Assembly (NCBI GenBank): GCA_038087875.1
Contig: CM075984.1
Location: forward strand, 18,042,001-18,106,000
Length of the DNA stretch: 64,000 bases
Reading direction: 5' to 3'
DNA from: Malacoraja senta
Lineage: Eukaryota
Position numbers and translations under genes: made by a program. The notes under the pieces were generated by a model. The model did not search any database. It worked only from the letters and a program-made list of their open reading frames with translations, and was not told the DNA's origin. Below, piece after piece: positions 25,655-38,194 of the stretch (positions are counted from its first letter, which is position 1; every line of letters begins with the position of its first letter).

Positions 25655-25914
25655 TGCATTTAAAAGATATTTGGACAGGTACATGGATAGCAAAGTTTTT
25701 CGAGGAACATGGGCCAAATGCAGGACTAGTGCAGATGGGGTAACTTGGTCGGCATGGGACGTTTGGACCAAAGAGCCTGTTTTGCTGCTGGATGACTACA
25801 ACTCCATGAGCCCTGCGTGATAATAAACTTTAGGCAGTACCAACAGAGGCCCTGCCTTCATGCCTCATTGTTATGGGACAGCTTGCGCATCAACATCACT
25901 CTACACTCTTCCCA

Positions 25915-26409
25915 CAAATCGAGGAGCTGGCGGCCTTTGCTGGAGATTGACTACGGAGCTCCAACCGTGGGAGCCTGCAGGACTTACCATCGTGGAGCTT
26001 GCGATTCCTGTCAGGGATTGACTTTGGAGCGGCAAACGCGGGAGCCTGCAGACTTTAACATCATGGAACTCGTGATCCCTGGTTAGAGAGTGACTTTGGG
26101 ACCTCCAAGCCGCAGGAGCATTGACCGCCTCGACGCGGGAGCTTCAATCATCCCGACGCGGGGGCTTCGATCTCCCCGACTGCAGATAGTTCGATTGCCC
26201 GGACTGCGGGAGAGTAAATGAGGAAGTTGGACTTTATTGCCTTCCATCACAATGAGAAATGTGGGGAATCCACTGTGGTGGATGTTTATGTTAACTTTTA
26301 TGTAGTTGTGTGTCCTGTTGTCTTTTTTTTAGTATAGCTGTATGGTAATTGGCATATCACTGTACCTTAATTGGTACATGTGACAATAAACTGACCTTTG
26401 AACCTTTGA
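25915..26409 (+). mobile_element. Unclassified LINE 3' UTR or SINE-like repeat with GC-rich internal short repeats
   Basis: Repeated gacgcggg(a/g)gcttc motifs; ends tacatgtgacaataaa plus (acctttga)2, like the Rex-type 3' ends elsewhere in the window. Confidence 0.5.
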
Positions 26410-26499
26410 TATTCAGAGACATAGATGAAATAAGAATTCAAACTAAAAATGGAAAATTAAAAATAATTAATAATAAATGCTCCCTAAATTCAATTAACT

Positions 26500-26970
26500 C
26501 CATTGTGCGGAGGAGGTTTACCAGAATGCTGCCTGGTTTAGGGGATATAAGGTTGGACAAACTTGGATTGTTTTCTCTAGAACGCCAGAGTATGTTGGGA
26601 GACCTAATATTTATATATAAAATTATGAGAGGGATAGATAGAGTAGACAGTCAGAACCTTTTTTCCAGGCTGGATATACCAGAGACTGGAGAGCATAGCT
26701 TTAAGGTGAGAGGGGCAAAATTTACATGAGATGTGCAGGGCATGTTTTTTACTCACAGAGAGGAAGGTGCCACCAGGGGTGGTGGTGGATGCAGATACAA
26801 TTGTGAGACTTAAGAGGCTTATAGTTACAGAAATAGATATCCAGGGAATTGAGAGGTATGGATCATGTAAAAGCAGATTAAATTAATTTATCTTGGCATT
26901 AAGTTCAGAACTGACGTCGTGGGCTGAAGAGCCTGTTGCTGTGCTATATGTTTCTATGTTCCATGTTCTA
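26500..26970 (+). mobile_element. CR1 3' end
   Basis: RRFTRMLPGL..RLDKLGLFSLE..GDLI.IYKIMRG; (ctatgtt)n-like tail. Confidence 0.85.
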
Positions 26971-26990
26971 ATCTATATAAATTAATAATA

Positions 26991-28222
26991 ATAATGTGAG
27001 CAGCTTCGAGGGGAAGCTGATCACAGCTGCAGTATGTGTAGACTTGTCTGCAGCATATGATACTGTAAACCACCGTACCATGAAAGCCAAACTGCAACAA
27101 ACACTACAGGACTCTCATCTTGTCCAGTTCATCATGACAATGATGGAGAACCACCGCTTCTTTGTATGCATGAATGGTCAGAACATCCGTTGGAGACGCT
27201 AAAAGAATGGTCTACCACAGGGCAGTGTCCTTGCCCCAACATTGTTCAATATATACACCAATGACCAACCCATCACCCTGAAAACTACGTCATTTCTGTA
27301 TGCTGATGACTTATGCATCGCAACGCAATCCTCAGACTTCAGCCAGATTGAGACCGTACTAGAGGCTGCTCTGCAGAATATGACAACATACTACCAACAG
27401 AACTCCCTGTGCCCAAACCCAACAAAAACGCAAAGCCACCTCCGGAACCGGGATGCGAAACATCAACTGCAGGTGCAATGGATTGATGTCCTGTTGGAAC
27501 ACTGCAAAGGCCCAAAGTACCTAGGTGTGGTCCTCGATCGCACGCTATCATATCGCCAACATGTTGAGAAATCAAGGCAAAGGTCAACACCTGGAACAAT
27601 GTCATCGAAAAATTGGCAAACAGCTCATTTGGAAGTGACCCAACAACAATCCGCACTGCTGCCCTGGCGCTCTGTTTCCCAGTGGCAGAATATGCAAGCC
27701 CCGTCTGGAGCCGCTCTAAACATGCACGCAAGGTGGACTCTGCATTGAACACTGCCTGCAGAAAAACCACAGGATGCCTGAAGCCGAAAAAGGTTGAACA
27801 TCTGTACGAGCTGGCAGGCATCGACGAACCATCTCGAAGACGTGATCGGACAGCTGCGGACACAGACCCCCGCCATCCTTTACACGATCACCAACATGCC
27901 AAGAAAAGCCTGAAGAGTCGGAACAGCTTCATGGAACTAGAGCCAACCATACCAGGCACCAAAACCAAACAACAGATGACACCACCACTACCTGGAAAGC
28001 CCTAAACCGCCTCCGCACTGGACGTTGTGGACTCAACCTGAAGAAGTGGGGCCTCTCGAACTCTCACAAGTGCAACTGTGGAGAGGTACAGACAATGTCC
28101 CACCTACTGACTTGCGGCGGAGAGACATGCACTGGGGACGATCTCCGCAGAGGCACAGATGTGGCACTGGTTGTGGCAAAGTGATGGCAGAATGTCGTCT
28201 GACGCACGAGCGAACAATGTAC
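26991..28222 (+). mobile_element. 5'-truncated Vingi/Ingi-like (I-group) LINE with 14-bp TSD
   Basis: VDLSAAYDTVNH, GLPQGSVLAPTLFNIYTNDQP, FLYADDL, KYLGVVLDRTL, RTAALALCFPVAEYASPVW, C-terminal C.C....Q...HL Zn-knuckle-like; TSD ataaattaataata at 26977-26990 and 28223-28236. Confidence 0.75.
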
Positions 28223-28304
28223 ATAAATTAATAATATTAATTAAATTAAAATGCACAAATTACCCTTTCCTTCCACAGATGATGTGGACCCACTATGTTA
28301 TCAT

Positions 28305-30428
28305 CTCGGTAGTCATGAAGACACTCGAAAGGCTTGTGCTGGCCAAGCTGAAAAATATCACAAACTCCCTGCTGGACCGTCTGAAGTTTGCATATCCGGC
28401 CAATAGATCTGTGAATGATGCAGTCAACCTGGGCCTGCACTTCATCCTCCAGCACCTAGACCACCAGGGGACCTATGCGAGGATTTTGTTTGTTGATTTT
28501 AGCTCTGCATTCAACACCATTGTGCCAGAGCTACTACACTCCAAACTTTCCGAGTTGACTGTGCCTGAACCCCTCTGTCAGTGGATCACCAACTTCCTGA
28601 CAGACAGGAAGCAGCACGTGAGGCTGGGAAAGCACATCTCGGACTCGCAAACTCTCAGCATAGGAGCACCGCAAGGCTGCGCACTCTCTCCTCTCCTCTA
28701 CTCTCTCTACACCAACGACTGCACCTCCACAGACACCTCTGTCAAGCTTCTCAAGTTTGCGGACGACACAACCCTGAATGAACTGATCCAGGATGGGGAG
28801 GAATCTGCCTAGACAGGAAGTGTCACAGCTGGTGTCCTGGTGCCATAGCAACAACCTAGAGCTCAATGTTCTTAAGACAGGTGAATTGATTGTAGACTTT
28901 AGGAGAGCACCCTCTCCCCTCACCCTACTCACCATCAACAACACCACAGTCACATCTGTGGAGTCTTTTAAGTTCCTGGGAACCATCATCTCCAAGGACC
29001 TTAAGTGGGGGGCTACCATCAACTCCACAATCAAAAAGGGACAACAGAGGATGTACTTCCTGCGGCAGCTGAGGAAGCACAATCTGCCACAGGCAATGAT
29101 GGTCCAATTCCACATGGCCATCGTAGAGTCTATTCTCACCTTCTCCATCATGGTCTGGTTTGGCTCAGCCACCAAGCACGACACCTGGAGGCTGCAGCGA
29201 ATCGTCCGATCAGCAGAGAAGGTTATTGGCTGGAACCTTCCCCCCATTGATGAACTGTACACTGCAAGGGCCAGGAAGCGAGTGGGCAAGATCATCTCTG
29301 ACCCCTCTCACCCTGGCCTCAAACTCTTTGAATCACTTCCCTCTGGAAGGCGACTCCGGATTGTCAAAACTGCCACAGCCAGACATAAAAAACAGTTTTT
29401 ATCCAAGAGTATTATCTGATCCACTAGACTATTATCTGAATGGTGGCCGATTAGGAAAAGGGGAGATGCAACGAGACCTGGGTGTCATGGTACACCAGTC
29501 ATTGAAAGTGGGCATGCAGCTGCAGCAGGCAGTGAAGAAAGCGAATGGTATGTTAGCATTCATAACAAAAGGATTTGAGTATAGGAGCAGGGAGGTTCTA
29601 CTGCAGTTGTACAGGATCTTGGTGAGGCCACACCTGGAGTATTGCGTAATCACCAAATCTGAGGAAAGACATTCTTGCCATAGAGGGAGTACAGCCAAGG
29701 TTCACCAGACTGATTCCTGGGATGGCAGGACTTTCATATGAAGAAAGACTGGATAGACTCGGCTTGTACTTGCTAGAATTTAGAAGATTGAGGGGGGTCT
29801 TATAGAAACTTACAAAATTCTTAAGGGGTTGGACAGGCTAGATGCAAGAAGATTGTTCCCGATGTTGGGGAATTCCAGAACAAGAGGTCACAGTTTAAGG
29901 ATAAGGGGGAAGTCTTTTAGGACCGAGATGAGAATTGTTTTTTTCACACAGAGAGTGGTGAATCTGTGGAATTCTCTGCCACAGAAAGTAGTTGAGGCCA
30001 GTTCATTGGCTATATTTAAGAGGGTTAGATGTGGCCTTTGTGGCTAGAGGGATCAGGGGGTATGGAGAGAAGGCAGGTACGGGATACTGAGTTGGATGAT
30101 CAGCCATGATCATATTGAATGGCGGTGCAGGCACAAAGGGCCGAATGGCCTACTCCTGCACCTATTTTCTATGTTTCTAGTAGTTGCTCTACTCAACAGC
30201 CAAAAATCTGTAGCCTCCCTTTGATCTGGTTTTTTGTTGGTTCACATGCTTGATCAATGGTGTTTTATCACTAATGTCTTATTATTATAAATATTTAGTG
30301 TTTTCTGAGTCATTCGTAACATGTCACTGTATGTCATGTTGTTACTTGTGGGCGGAGCACCAAGGCAAATTCCTTGTATGTGAATACTTGGCCAATAAAC
30401 TTACTTACTTACTATCTTACTTACTTAT
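28305..30428 (+). mobile_element. Rex1/Babar-like LINE (RT to 3' end) split by a CR1 insertion
   Basis: ILFVDFSSAFNTI, GAPQGCALSPLLYSLYTNDC, LLKFADDTT, LPSGRR; coding FYPRV|VALLN rejoins across 29412/30179; (ACTT)n tail. Confidence 0.9.
29413..30178 (+). mobile_element. Young CR1 3' fragment nested in the Rex/Babar copy
   Basis: RDLGVMVH.SLK, LYRILVRPHLEYC, QRVVNLWNSLP; ends ttctatgtttct; highly similar to 38195-38827. Confidence 0.9.
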
Positions 30429-30516
30429 TCCAACACTTTGGATTTTACTCTAGATTCCAGCATCTGCAGGTCCTTATGTCTTAACTTGTGTTGTGGTCTG
30501 GCCTTTCAAAGTTGTA

Positions 30517-31306
30517 GCCCCTGTCCCACTTAGGAAACCTGAACGGAAACCACTGGTGACCTTGCCCGCGACCCAAGGTTTTCTTGAGGTCGCCGGAGGT
30601 TTTGGTCACTCGCCTGGAAAGCCTCGAGCTGGATCGACCGAAGCGTGAGCTGCATCTACCGACCACGCACACACACAAACACATCGCGAAGGTGGGGGCC
30701 ATGGAGAGCGGAGGAGCACTGTCTGCGTGATGAAGAGGAAGGTAAATGGCTGCTACAGAGCACGGTAAGTCCTTTAGAGAGCGCGGAGATGGGGGAGAAG
30801 GGGAGAGAAGGAGAGAGAAGCGGAGAGAGAAGCGGAGAGAGAAGGGGAGAGAGAAGGGGAGAGAGAAGGGGAGAGAGAAGGGGAGAGAGAAGGGGAAGAG
30901 AAGGGGGAGAGAAGGGGGAGAGAAGGGGGGGAGAAGGAGTGGAGACAGTTTTAAGAAGTTTAATAAAGTTTAACGGGCATTTTAGCTACCGATGGGTCTT
31001 CTACGTCGTGAAACTCCAATGAGCCAATCAAAATGGCCTGTCGGCGAAGGAGATGGCCTTCGACTGCCTGTAAGTAAATAGCGACCCCACTCCACTGGCT
31101 TCGACCAAACGGCAACCTATTTTTAGTCAAGGCCGGTTTTTATCATGTTGAAACAATCGAAACAACCCAGAAGAAGCCTTGACCACGCGGAAACCACTTT
31201 CGACCATTAGGGAGAGTGACCAAAACTTCCGGCGACCTCATGGAAACCTTGGGTCACGGGCAAGGTCACCAGAGGTTTTCGTTCAGGTTTCCTAAGTAGG
31301 ACAGGG
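30517..31306. mobile_element. Non-autonomous TIR DNA transposon (MITE, possibly Harbinger-like)
   Basis: About 90-bp imperfect TIRs: ccctgtcccacttaggaaacctgaacg...ggtcactc (30519-30611) vs gagtgacc...cgttcaggtttcctaagtaggacaggg (31214-31306); internal (ggagagagaagg)n; no clear TSD. Confidence 0.85.
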
Positions 31307-31920
31307 TTTTTTTTTTGTTCGACAGTTACTCAAAAAACTAATTTCTCCAATTTATATTTTCCAAGTGCCAACTGTTATAAATAGCTTTCAGCATTTCCCA
31401 GCACATCTTGCAGTTATATATTGAATCATTTGCATAAAATGTGATTATTTTTGCAATTAAATCTACACTTTAATGATTTATTATGAGGTTTCAACTTGTG
31501 CATGAATCACTGTGTGCACAACTTTAATCTCAAGTGAGAATCTTGAGGTAGACTTGGTACCTTTCATCCATAGATCTTTTTGGTTCTTTAGCTAGGAATG
31601 TTTGATGATCTCCTTAACCATCATTCTAGCACCTCATACCTTCCCACCACCATTCCGCTGACTCAATCCTCCTGTCCACTGACCTTCTATCCCATTATTG
31701 CCTCAACCCTATTTCTGTTCCCCTATCGTCAATCAAGGGACTAGTCTTCTCACTTCTTGAAACTAAACAACCCTCCTGGGCTCTTCCTGATACTATCTCA
31801 CACAGGATCCAGACCAAAACCTACTTGACTTTCATTACCAGAGAGAGCCTTGGCATAGACATAGCATTTTGGCCAATTGAATCAGCTCTACCAATCAGGC
31901 ATCCATTTACACTGATCCCA

Positions 31921-32237
31921 TTTAGTTTTAGTTTTAGAGATACAGCATTGAAACAGGCCCTTCGGCCCTCCGAGTCCACACTAACCAGCGATCTCAGCAC
32001 ATTAACACAATCCTACACACACTAGCGACAATTTACACATACCAAGCCAATTTACCTACATACTTGTACGTCTTTGAAGTGTGGGAGGAAACCGAAGATC
32101 TCGGAGAAAACTCACGCAGGTCACAGGGAGAACGTACAAACTCATACAGAAAGTACCCATAGTCAGGATCGAACCTGGGTCTCCGGTGGTGCAAGCGCTA
32201 TAAGGCAGCAACTCTACTGATGCGCCACCGTGCCGCC
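31921..32237 (-). mobile_element. V-SINE (HE1-like)
   Basis: Reverse-complement head/core/tail. Confidence 0.85.
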
Positions 32238-32515
32238 ACAAAGATTTAATTCTTCACACCGTCTCGTGAACTGCCAAAGCTTCTATTACTCACCTGCACT
32301 TTGCTAATTAAATGACCATTCCTTGTTTTTTTTTTAATATGTAGGAAACCAAAGTACTTGGAATAATTCCACACAGTCACGCAGAAAAATGTGGAAACTC
32401 CACTCAGACAGCATCACCGAAGTTGAACATGTGTTACTAGAGCTGCAAGGCAGCAGTTCTACTGCCTGCACCACTCTGGTGCCATTAAAGGGAAGGATCA
32501 TGAAAGACCAGTCAT

Positions 32516-32642
32516 TGTGGAAGGGTTCTGACCTGAAATATCACCTGTTCCTTTTCACTAGAGTTGCTGCCTGACCCGCTGAGTTGCTCCAGCACTTTGT
32601 GTATGTCTTTGGCATGAACCAGCATCTTGAGCTCCTTCCTAC
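32516..32642 (+). mobile_element. Penelope pLTR remnant
   Basis: gaagggttctgacctgaaatatcacc...gctgcctgacccgctgagttgctccagca. Confidence 0.7.
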
Positions 32643-33251
32643 ATTGTGGAAGGCGTGTTGATATAGCACACTAAGTGTCCATTTCATTTGCTGCTGAACT
32701 TTTCATGAGGGGATTGTTGAGGTAAGTGTTTACTGGTCCATTTCACACACACCTGTAAACTCACCTTAATTTGCTCCAGTTGATTTCACAGCCAATGTCC
32801 TGAAGTTGTCCTTCTATGTCACATATTGTTACTGAGTCTCTAAAGGCATCTTTCTCCTTGCTAATTGGGCACATACCCTCAAACAAATCAATAAACATTG
32901 CCATCCAGTGAACACTTAGCAAACATAAGTTAGAGTGATTCATATGGCTGTCAAGTTAGCACAACACTCCTTATTAGATCAATGATGTGCCATGGTCCAG
33001 CTCTTTCTAGCTGCCAACATCCCAACAGGTCACAGAGCACTTCATAAATTATGGATAGTATCAAAATCAGGATTTTCTGCCGAAGTGCTTGAACTTGGCC
33101 AAATAAAAGGAGGCAGTCAGGTATTTTAACCTTGACCTGTCAGTCAGCATGATCATTCCCATCTGATCATCAGATGCATTTCCCTGTGTGATAGCATAAA
33201 CCTCAATCCCACCGTAGTCCATAATCAATCTCTTTCAACTCATTGATGAAA

Positions 33252-33692
33252 GGGCAGCATGGTGGCGCAGCAGTAGAGTTGCTGCCTTGCAGCGCCAGAG
33301 ATGCGGGTTCGATCCTCTCTATGGGTTAAATGATTCAATTATACTTTATTGCCACATGTACCTAAGGTGAGTGAAATGCTTTGTTTTGCATACAACCCAG
33401 TAAAATCATATAGCAGACCTCACCCACGCAGTACACAAGTGTTGCCATGTTTTGGCGCTGACAAAGATACAAAAGTGCTGTGTGAACGGAGGTTATACGT
33501 TCTCCTCGTGGGCACATGGGTTTTCCCTGGGTGCTCCGGTTTCCGTCCACACATCAAAGATGTGCAGGTTTGTAGGTTAATTGGCATCAGTAAACATTTA
33601 AATTGTCCCTAGTGTGCAGGGATCGCTGTTCGCTGTGGACTCGGTGGGCTGAAAGACCTGTTTACACGCTGTCTCTCTAAACTAAACTAAAC
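33252..33692 (+). mobile_element. V-SINE interrupted at ~33326-33475 by an inverted LINE 3' tail
   Basis: Head with B-box gggttcgatcc; core resumes ~33476; insert contains tttattgccacatgtacc (inverted Rex-type 3' end). Confidence 0.8.
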
Positions 33693-36600
33693 ATTCGTTC
33701 TTAGATATACTTAATAACTCCGCAAACATGATTTTCTGGCAGAGAGATTTTTCAGGATTTACAACCATCTGACAGAAGAAATTCCTCTTCACCTCAGCCT
33801 TAAATTAGCATTCCATTATTCTGAGATCATGGTGCTAGTTAAATCCACCAGGGATTAAATAAGGTCAGCTCTCAATCTTCTACGCTCACACTTCCCAATG
33901 CTTTCCTATAGAACAAAACCTTCATCATAGAAATCAACCGAGTGAAATTTCACAGCACTCCCTCCAAGGGATGTGCATCTACACTTAAACAAAGAAACCA
34001 AAACAGTACTCAGTACTCAAGATGTGGCCTCACCAAAGCCATGTAAAGTACAGCAAGACTTCACTATTTCTGTACTCCACCCCTCTTGCAAAAAGGCTAA
34101 TATTGCCCTCCTTTTCCTGGTTACCTGTTGTACCAACCTGCTGCATTTTCTGTGTTAGAAACTGGGAAAATAGCCTAGAATATTTAATATCTCATATAGC
34201 CATGAATACCACCAAGAATACACAACAATTTACAGACCCAACTACTGGTAGCATAATGTATTAGTTTTGCGAATAGATGAAGATAAAAATAATATGAATA
34301 TGATACACAAGACAGTATCCATTTTACCAATTAAACTTTTTCATTCTTAGCGCAATAAGAATGACTGTACAAAACACTTCATGCATTGAATAGAAATGTG
34401 ATACTGGATTTTTGTATTGCATTTTACATGATTTCAGTTAGATTGGATATTGATTTTAGAATTGTCTTTTATAATTTGGGATAAGTTTATTATATCTGTA
34501 GCAAATAAACCATCAAGAATAGATTGCTTCAGACCTGGAGTAAAAATTTACTTTCTAACTAAAGTTGATTGCTTGATCTGAAAATCTAGCTTTAGAGGTT
34601 AACAAATTCAACTACAATTGCTGAAAAAAATATCAAAAACATATGTTCTGTTGTTTGTGGAGTTAAGGCATGAGTTAAAATATAATCTTGATAACTACAT
34701 TTAATTCTACCTTCCATTCACAGCATTATTTTAAATCTGACTCTGGATGCTTCGAGGTTTCGAGGGTTAGAAAGGACTGATGCAGTGAGGATAGAGCATG
34801 GGATGGAACCTGTTCGTGTTCATATTCTCCCTTCACACCACTACGTGGGCAGTTCCCATTCTCTTAGCTCTGGGCAACAGTTGTCACTTTCAAGAGCTGG
34901 CCAGGCAGATTCCAAATAGCTCTTGAAATACAATCTTTGATAAACACACCACCATACATATGATCACAAAATTATGACCCAAACACCAATCTACTTCCAA
35001 GATATTTGTTGCACATTGAGAGGCACAGGGGAACACCATTAAAATAAAGTGAAATGTCGGGTCAGGCAGCATCTCTGGAGGACATGGACAGGTGATTTTT
35101 GGGTCGGGACCCTTCTTCAGTATCCTGCTTTTCAAACTTCCAGTAGTCAAACCGTTGGCACCCTCGGCCACAGTGTTACAAAGCGGAGCTTTGGATTCCT
35201 ATGGGTACAGCTGGTGGAAGTCTCTGTACTCAGGCATCTGGCATGGGCTACATTTGGAATGAAGTCAAAGCAAGAGCAAATAGACAGATGAAAATCCAAC
35301 TTCATTGCAAATTTAAGCAATATAACCTCAGGACAGCAATTTTTGGAAAGCGAACTCTGTGGAATGGAAATATATGCCAAGCAGCTTTGCAACATTTACG
35401 TCTAACAGTGTTTCTTTCATCTACCAATCTGGCAATCTGGCCATTAATCTTGCTGCATGCCTTTAAACAGACACAAAATAAAGTGTCCCTCTTTGAAATA
35501 CCCAGGGAACTGATACCAGCTTCATCTTTAAGTCAAAGAACAGTTGATAGCCGTTGTATGAAAAACAACTCTACTGCGTTGGAAACAGTGAGTTTGCCTG
35601 TTTGCATACTGCATACATCTTGAAATAACTTTCCAGTGCAAGGTGATACAATCAAACCAAATACTCCAATGGACGCAGAAATTCATCAGAAAAGATAGTT
35701 TACAATACGTTGTTATTTACTACGTTTTAGTTGATATCCTTTGTATGAAAAACAACTCGACCCCGTTGGAAACATTGAATTAACTAGGTTTCAGTAAACA
35801 GCATTCATCTCCATGCATCTGGAAATAACTTTTAGGTGCTTGTAAGAATTAAGGGTAAGATTCACTAGGGTTAGGTTTAGGCTTTTATTAATTTGTATCT
35901 GACATGTTCCGTATATTATTTAATCTGATTATCAGACTCCATTTACATATGAAAAAACCAAAGCTTGTTAAATCTGGTTAATACTATTTTTTAAAAACAT
36001 TTTACATACTATGGCATTTGGCAGCTTTATCTGAAATCCAACAGCCTACATTGTGACTGGAAAGATATCTCAATTGATATAAACCTTTCCAATATCCATT
36101 GATGTTGGATATGAGCTCCAATTTCAGGCACATGGTTACTGGTTTATCATGGTCACAAATATTGAAATTCAGTGATAACCCTTGTTCGTGTACTATCCAG
36201 ACAAAGGAGATGTGTGGAGCAAGTAGTTTACGCAGATTGTGAAAGGTGCTTGGAATGCGTTGCCAGGGGTGGTGGTGTCTTTGTAATAGAGTCACTTATA
36301 TATGAATCACATCTGAGTTCTTCATAGCTTCCAAGCCCTGATATCAGCCTTGATATCCCAAAGGGAGTTTCACACTACAAAGATCTGGAAGTGCTGCTTT
36401 GTACCACAGATATCAGTGTGGGTCTCAACAGGTAGCTGGGGAAATCGACGTTCAGCCCTTTTGGGTTCAGGAACAACCGCTAAAGAGGCATGAGGGGCAC
36501 CTTAAGGTTTACAAGTCTACCTAAAAGTGGAAATGTGTAAATGCTCCTATCTGCGATTTGGGACTGGTTATAGGCTTCATCTCTGATGTTACGGGAAGTT

Positions 36601-37084
36601 CTGGGTAATGTTCATTGTTCTCAACAGACTTGAGAAATGTATTTGGAATACATATTTGGAAATGTATTTAAAAATATGGTCAAAGGCTCTTGGATAAGCA
36701 CTGACTTATACTGTGGAATTTGATAGTCGCCATGTGATTGGGTTCATGGAAGTGCCATCTGTGAAATGCATCTGGCGCAGGCAATATACATGTAATGGAG
36801 GTTATAATGTCAGATTCATATCCTGAAGGTTTGCTGCATTACTTCAGGGGCTGAGGGAGAATTTTTAAAGTGAGTTTTATATCGTTAAAAGTTTCACATG
36901 CCCTCCCCGTGGAGGGATGCATAAGTGGGATAGAATTCATAGCCAGGCAAGTAATGTTAAGTTCTGTTGAGGAATCAAACTGAGGTATCAAATGACCTCT
37001 TCAATTTCCATGTTTTCAGCAAATCAGCAGTTAGCTAAATGTATTTTAATGAAGATAAAGGAGCGTTGACCTATATCGGTCAGT

Positions 37085-37227
37085 GTACAATTGCTGTTTG
37101 TGGGAACTTGCTGAGTGCAAATCAGTTATGTTATAAAAGTAATTACACTTCAAAAAGTAAATAATTGGTTATAAAGCACTTGGTATCTCTGAAATATGGG
37201 AGCTATATAAATGCAAGTATTTTCTTG
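37085..37227 (+). mobile_element. Deu-SINE (SacSINE1/AmnSINE1-related) 3' relic
   Basis: ttgctgtttgtgggaacttgctgagtgcaaat...tacacttcaaaaagta...attggttataaagcactt...gctatataaatgcaagt matches the Deu-SINE 3' consensus as I recall it. Confidence 0.75.
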
Positions 37228-38194
37228 CTCCACTGTAGAATGCAAATAACTTGTAAATGCTAAGCAAAAAATGTGTAGATCAAGCATGGAATGAATTGTC
37301 TTTGACAAAACAATGCAAGTGACGGGCTGTTTCTTTAGCTGAGAATTAAAGGAGTCCCCCTCAGTTCTGCGAAGTTACTGCAGCTTCATTAGTTTGGCAT
37401 TCACAGAAAGGGCAATTTCTTTCACTTCAGCACCTCACATGTTGTCTTCAATATCTTGAGTGAAAGAAAGAAGATGATAAATTACTCACCAAGAACATAA
37501 TCCCTACAAATGTATTGCTTACAATCTGCAGCACTAGTCCCATAAACTTAATAACAATACTCCTTTGCACATAAACACATTAAAGATAAATGCAATCTAA
37601 GAGGGGCTGCTGTGCCAGTAATACACAGCGCCATTAACCATAATCAGGGCTTCAGTTTATAGCACGTACCATCTGTGTATGACAGGCAGACAATTCTGTA
37701 TTTATTAAATACTTTCTCAACAGTGCCACTTACTCTGAGTTTTTTAAATACGTATATCAAAACCACATGTTTGAGATTCAAAACATGGCAGAAGGCCAAC
37801 TTCTCAGTTGCCTTCTCTTTGGTTAGATCTAACTATTGTGTACCAGATACAGCAAACTATACATAATGCTAAAGCGTCATCTGTTCATTTTAGGAGGACA
37901 TTTTGCCGAGACACTAATTCATACTCCAAATTCTCTGTGTTTTATTGAAGTGGAACAAGTGCTAGATTCAGCGCCAGACAAGAACCATTGGCAATTAACA
38001 AACTTGATAGTCCTCATACTACACCATCTAATGAATCCTTTAGCATGTTTGTGTGACCTACTTTCCAACACTATTTTAATGGAGGTCAAACCTATTTAAC
38101 AAGTTAGCACCAAACATTATGGGCTCACAATTCACAATGTAATTGCAGAGGTAGTTGATGAGTGAGGAAATGTGGCAACATGGGCAGAGAGCAG

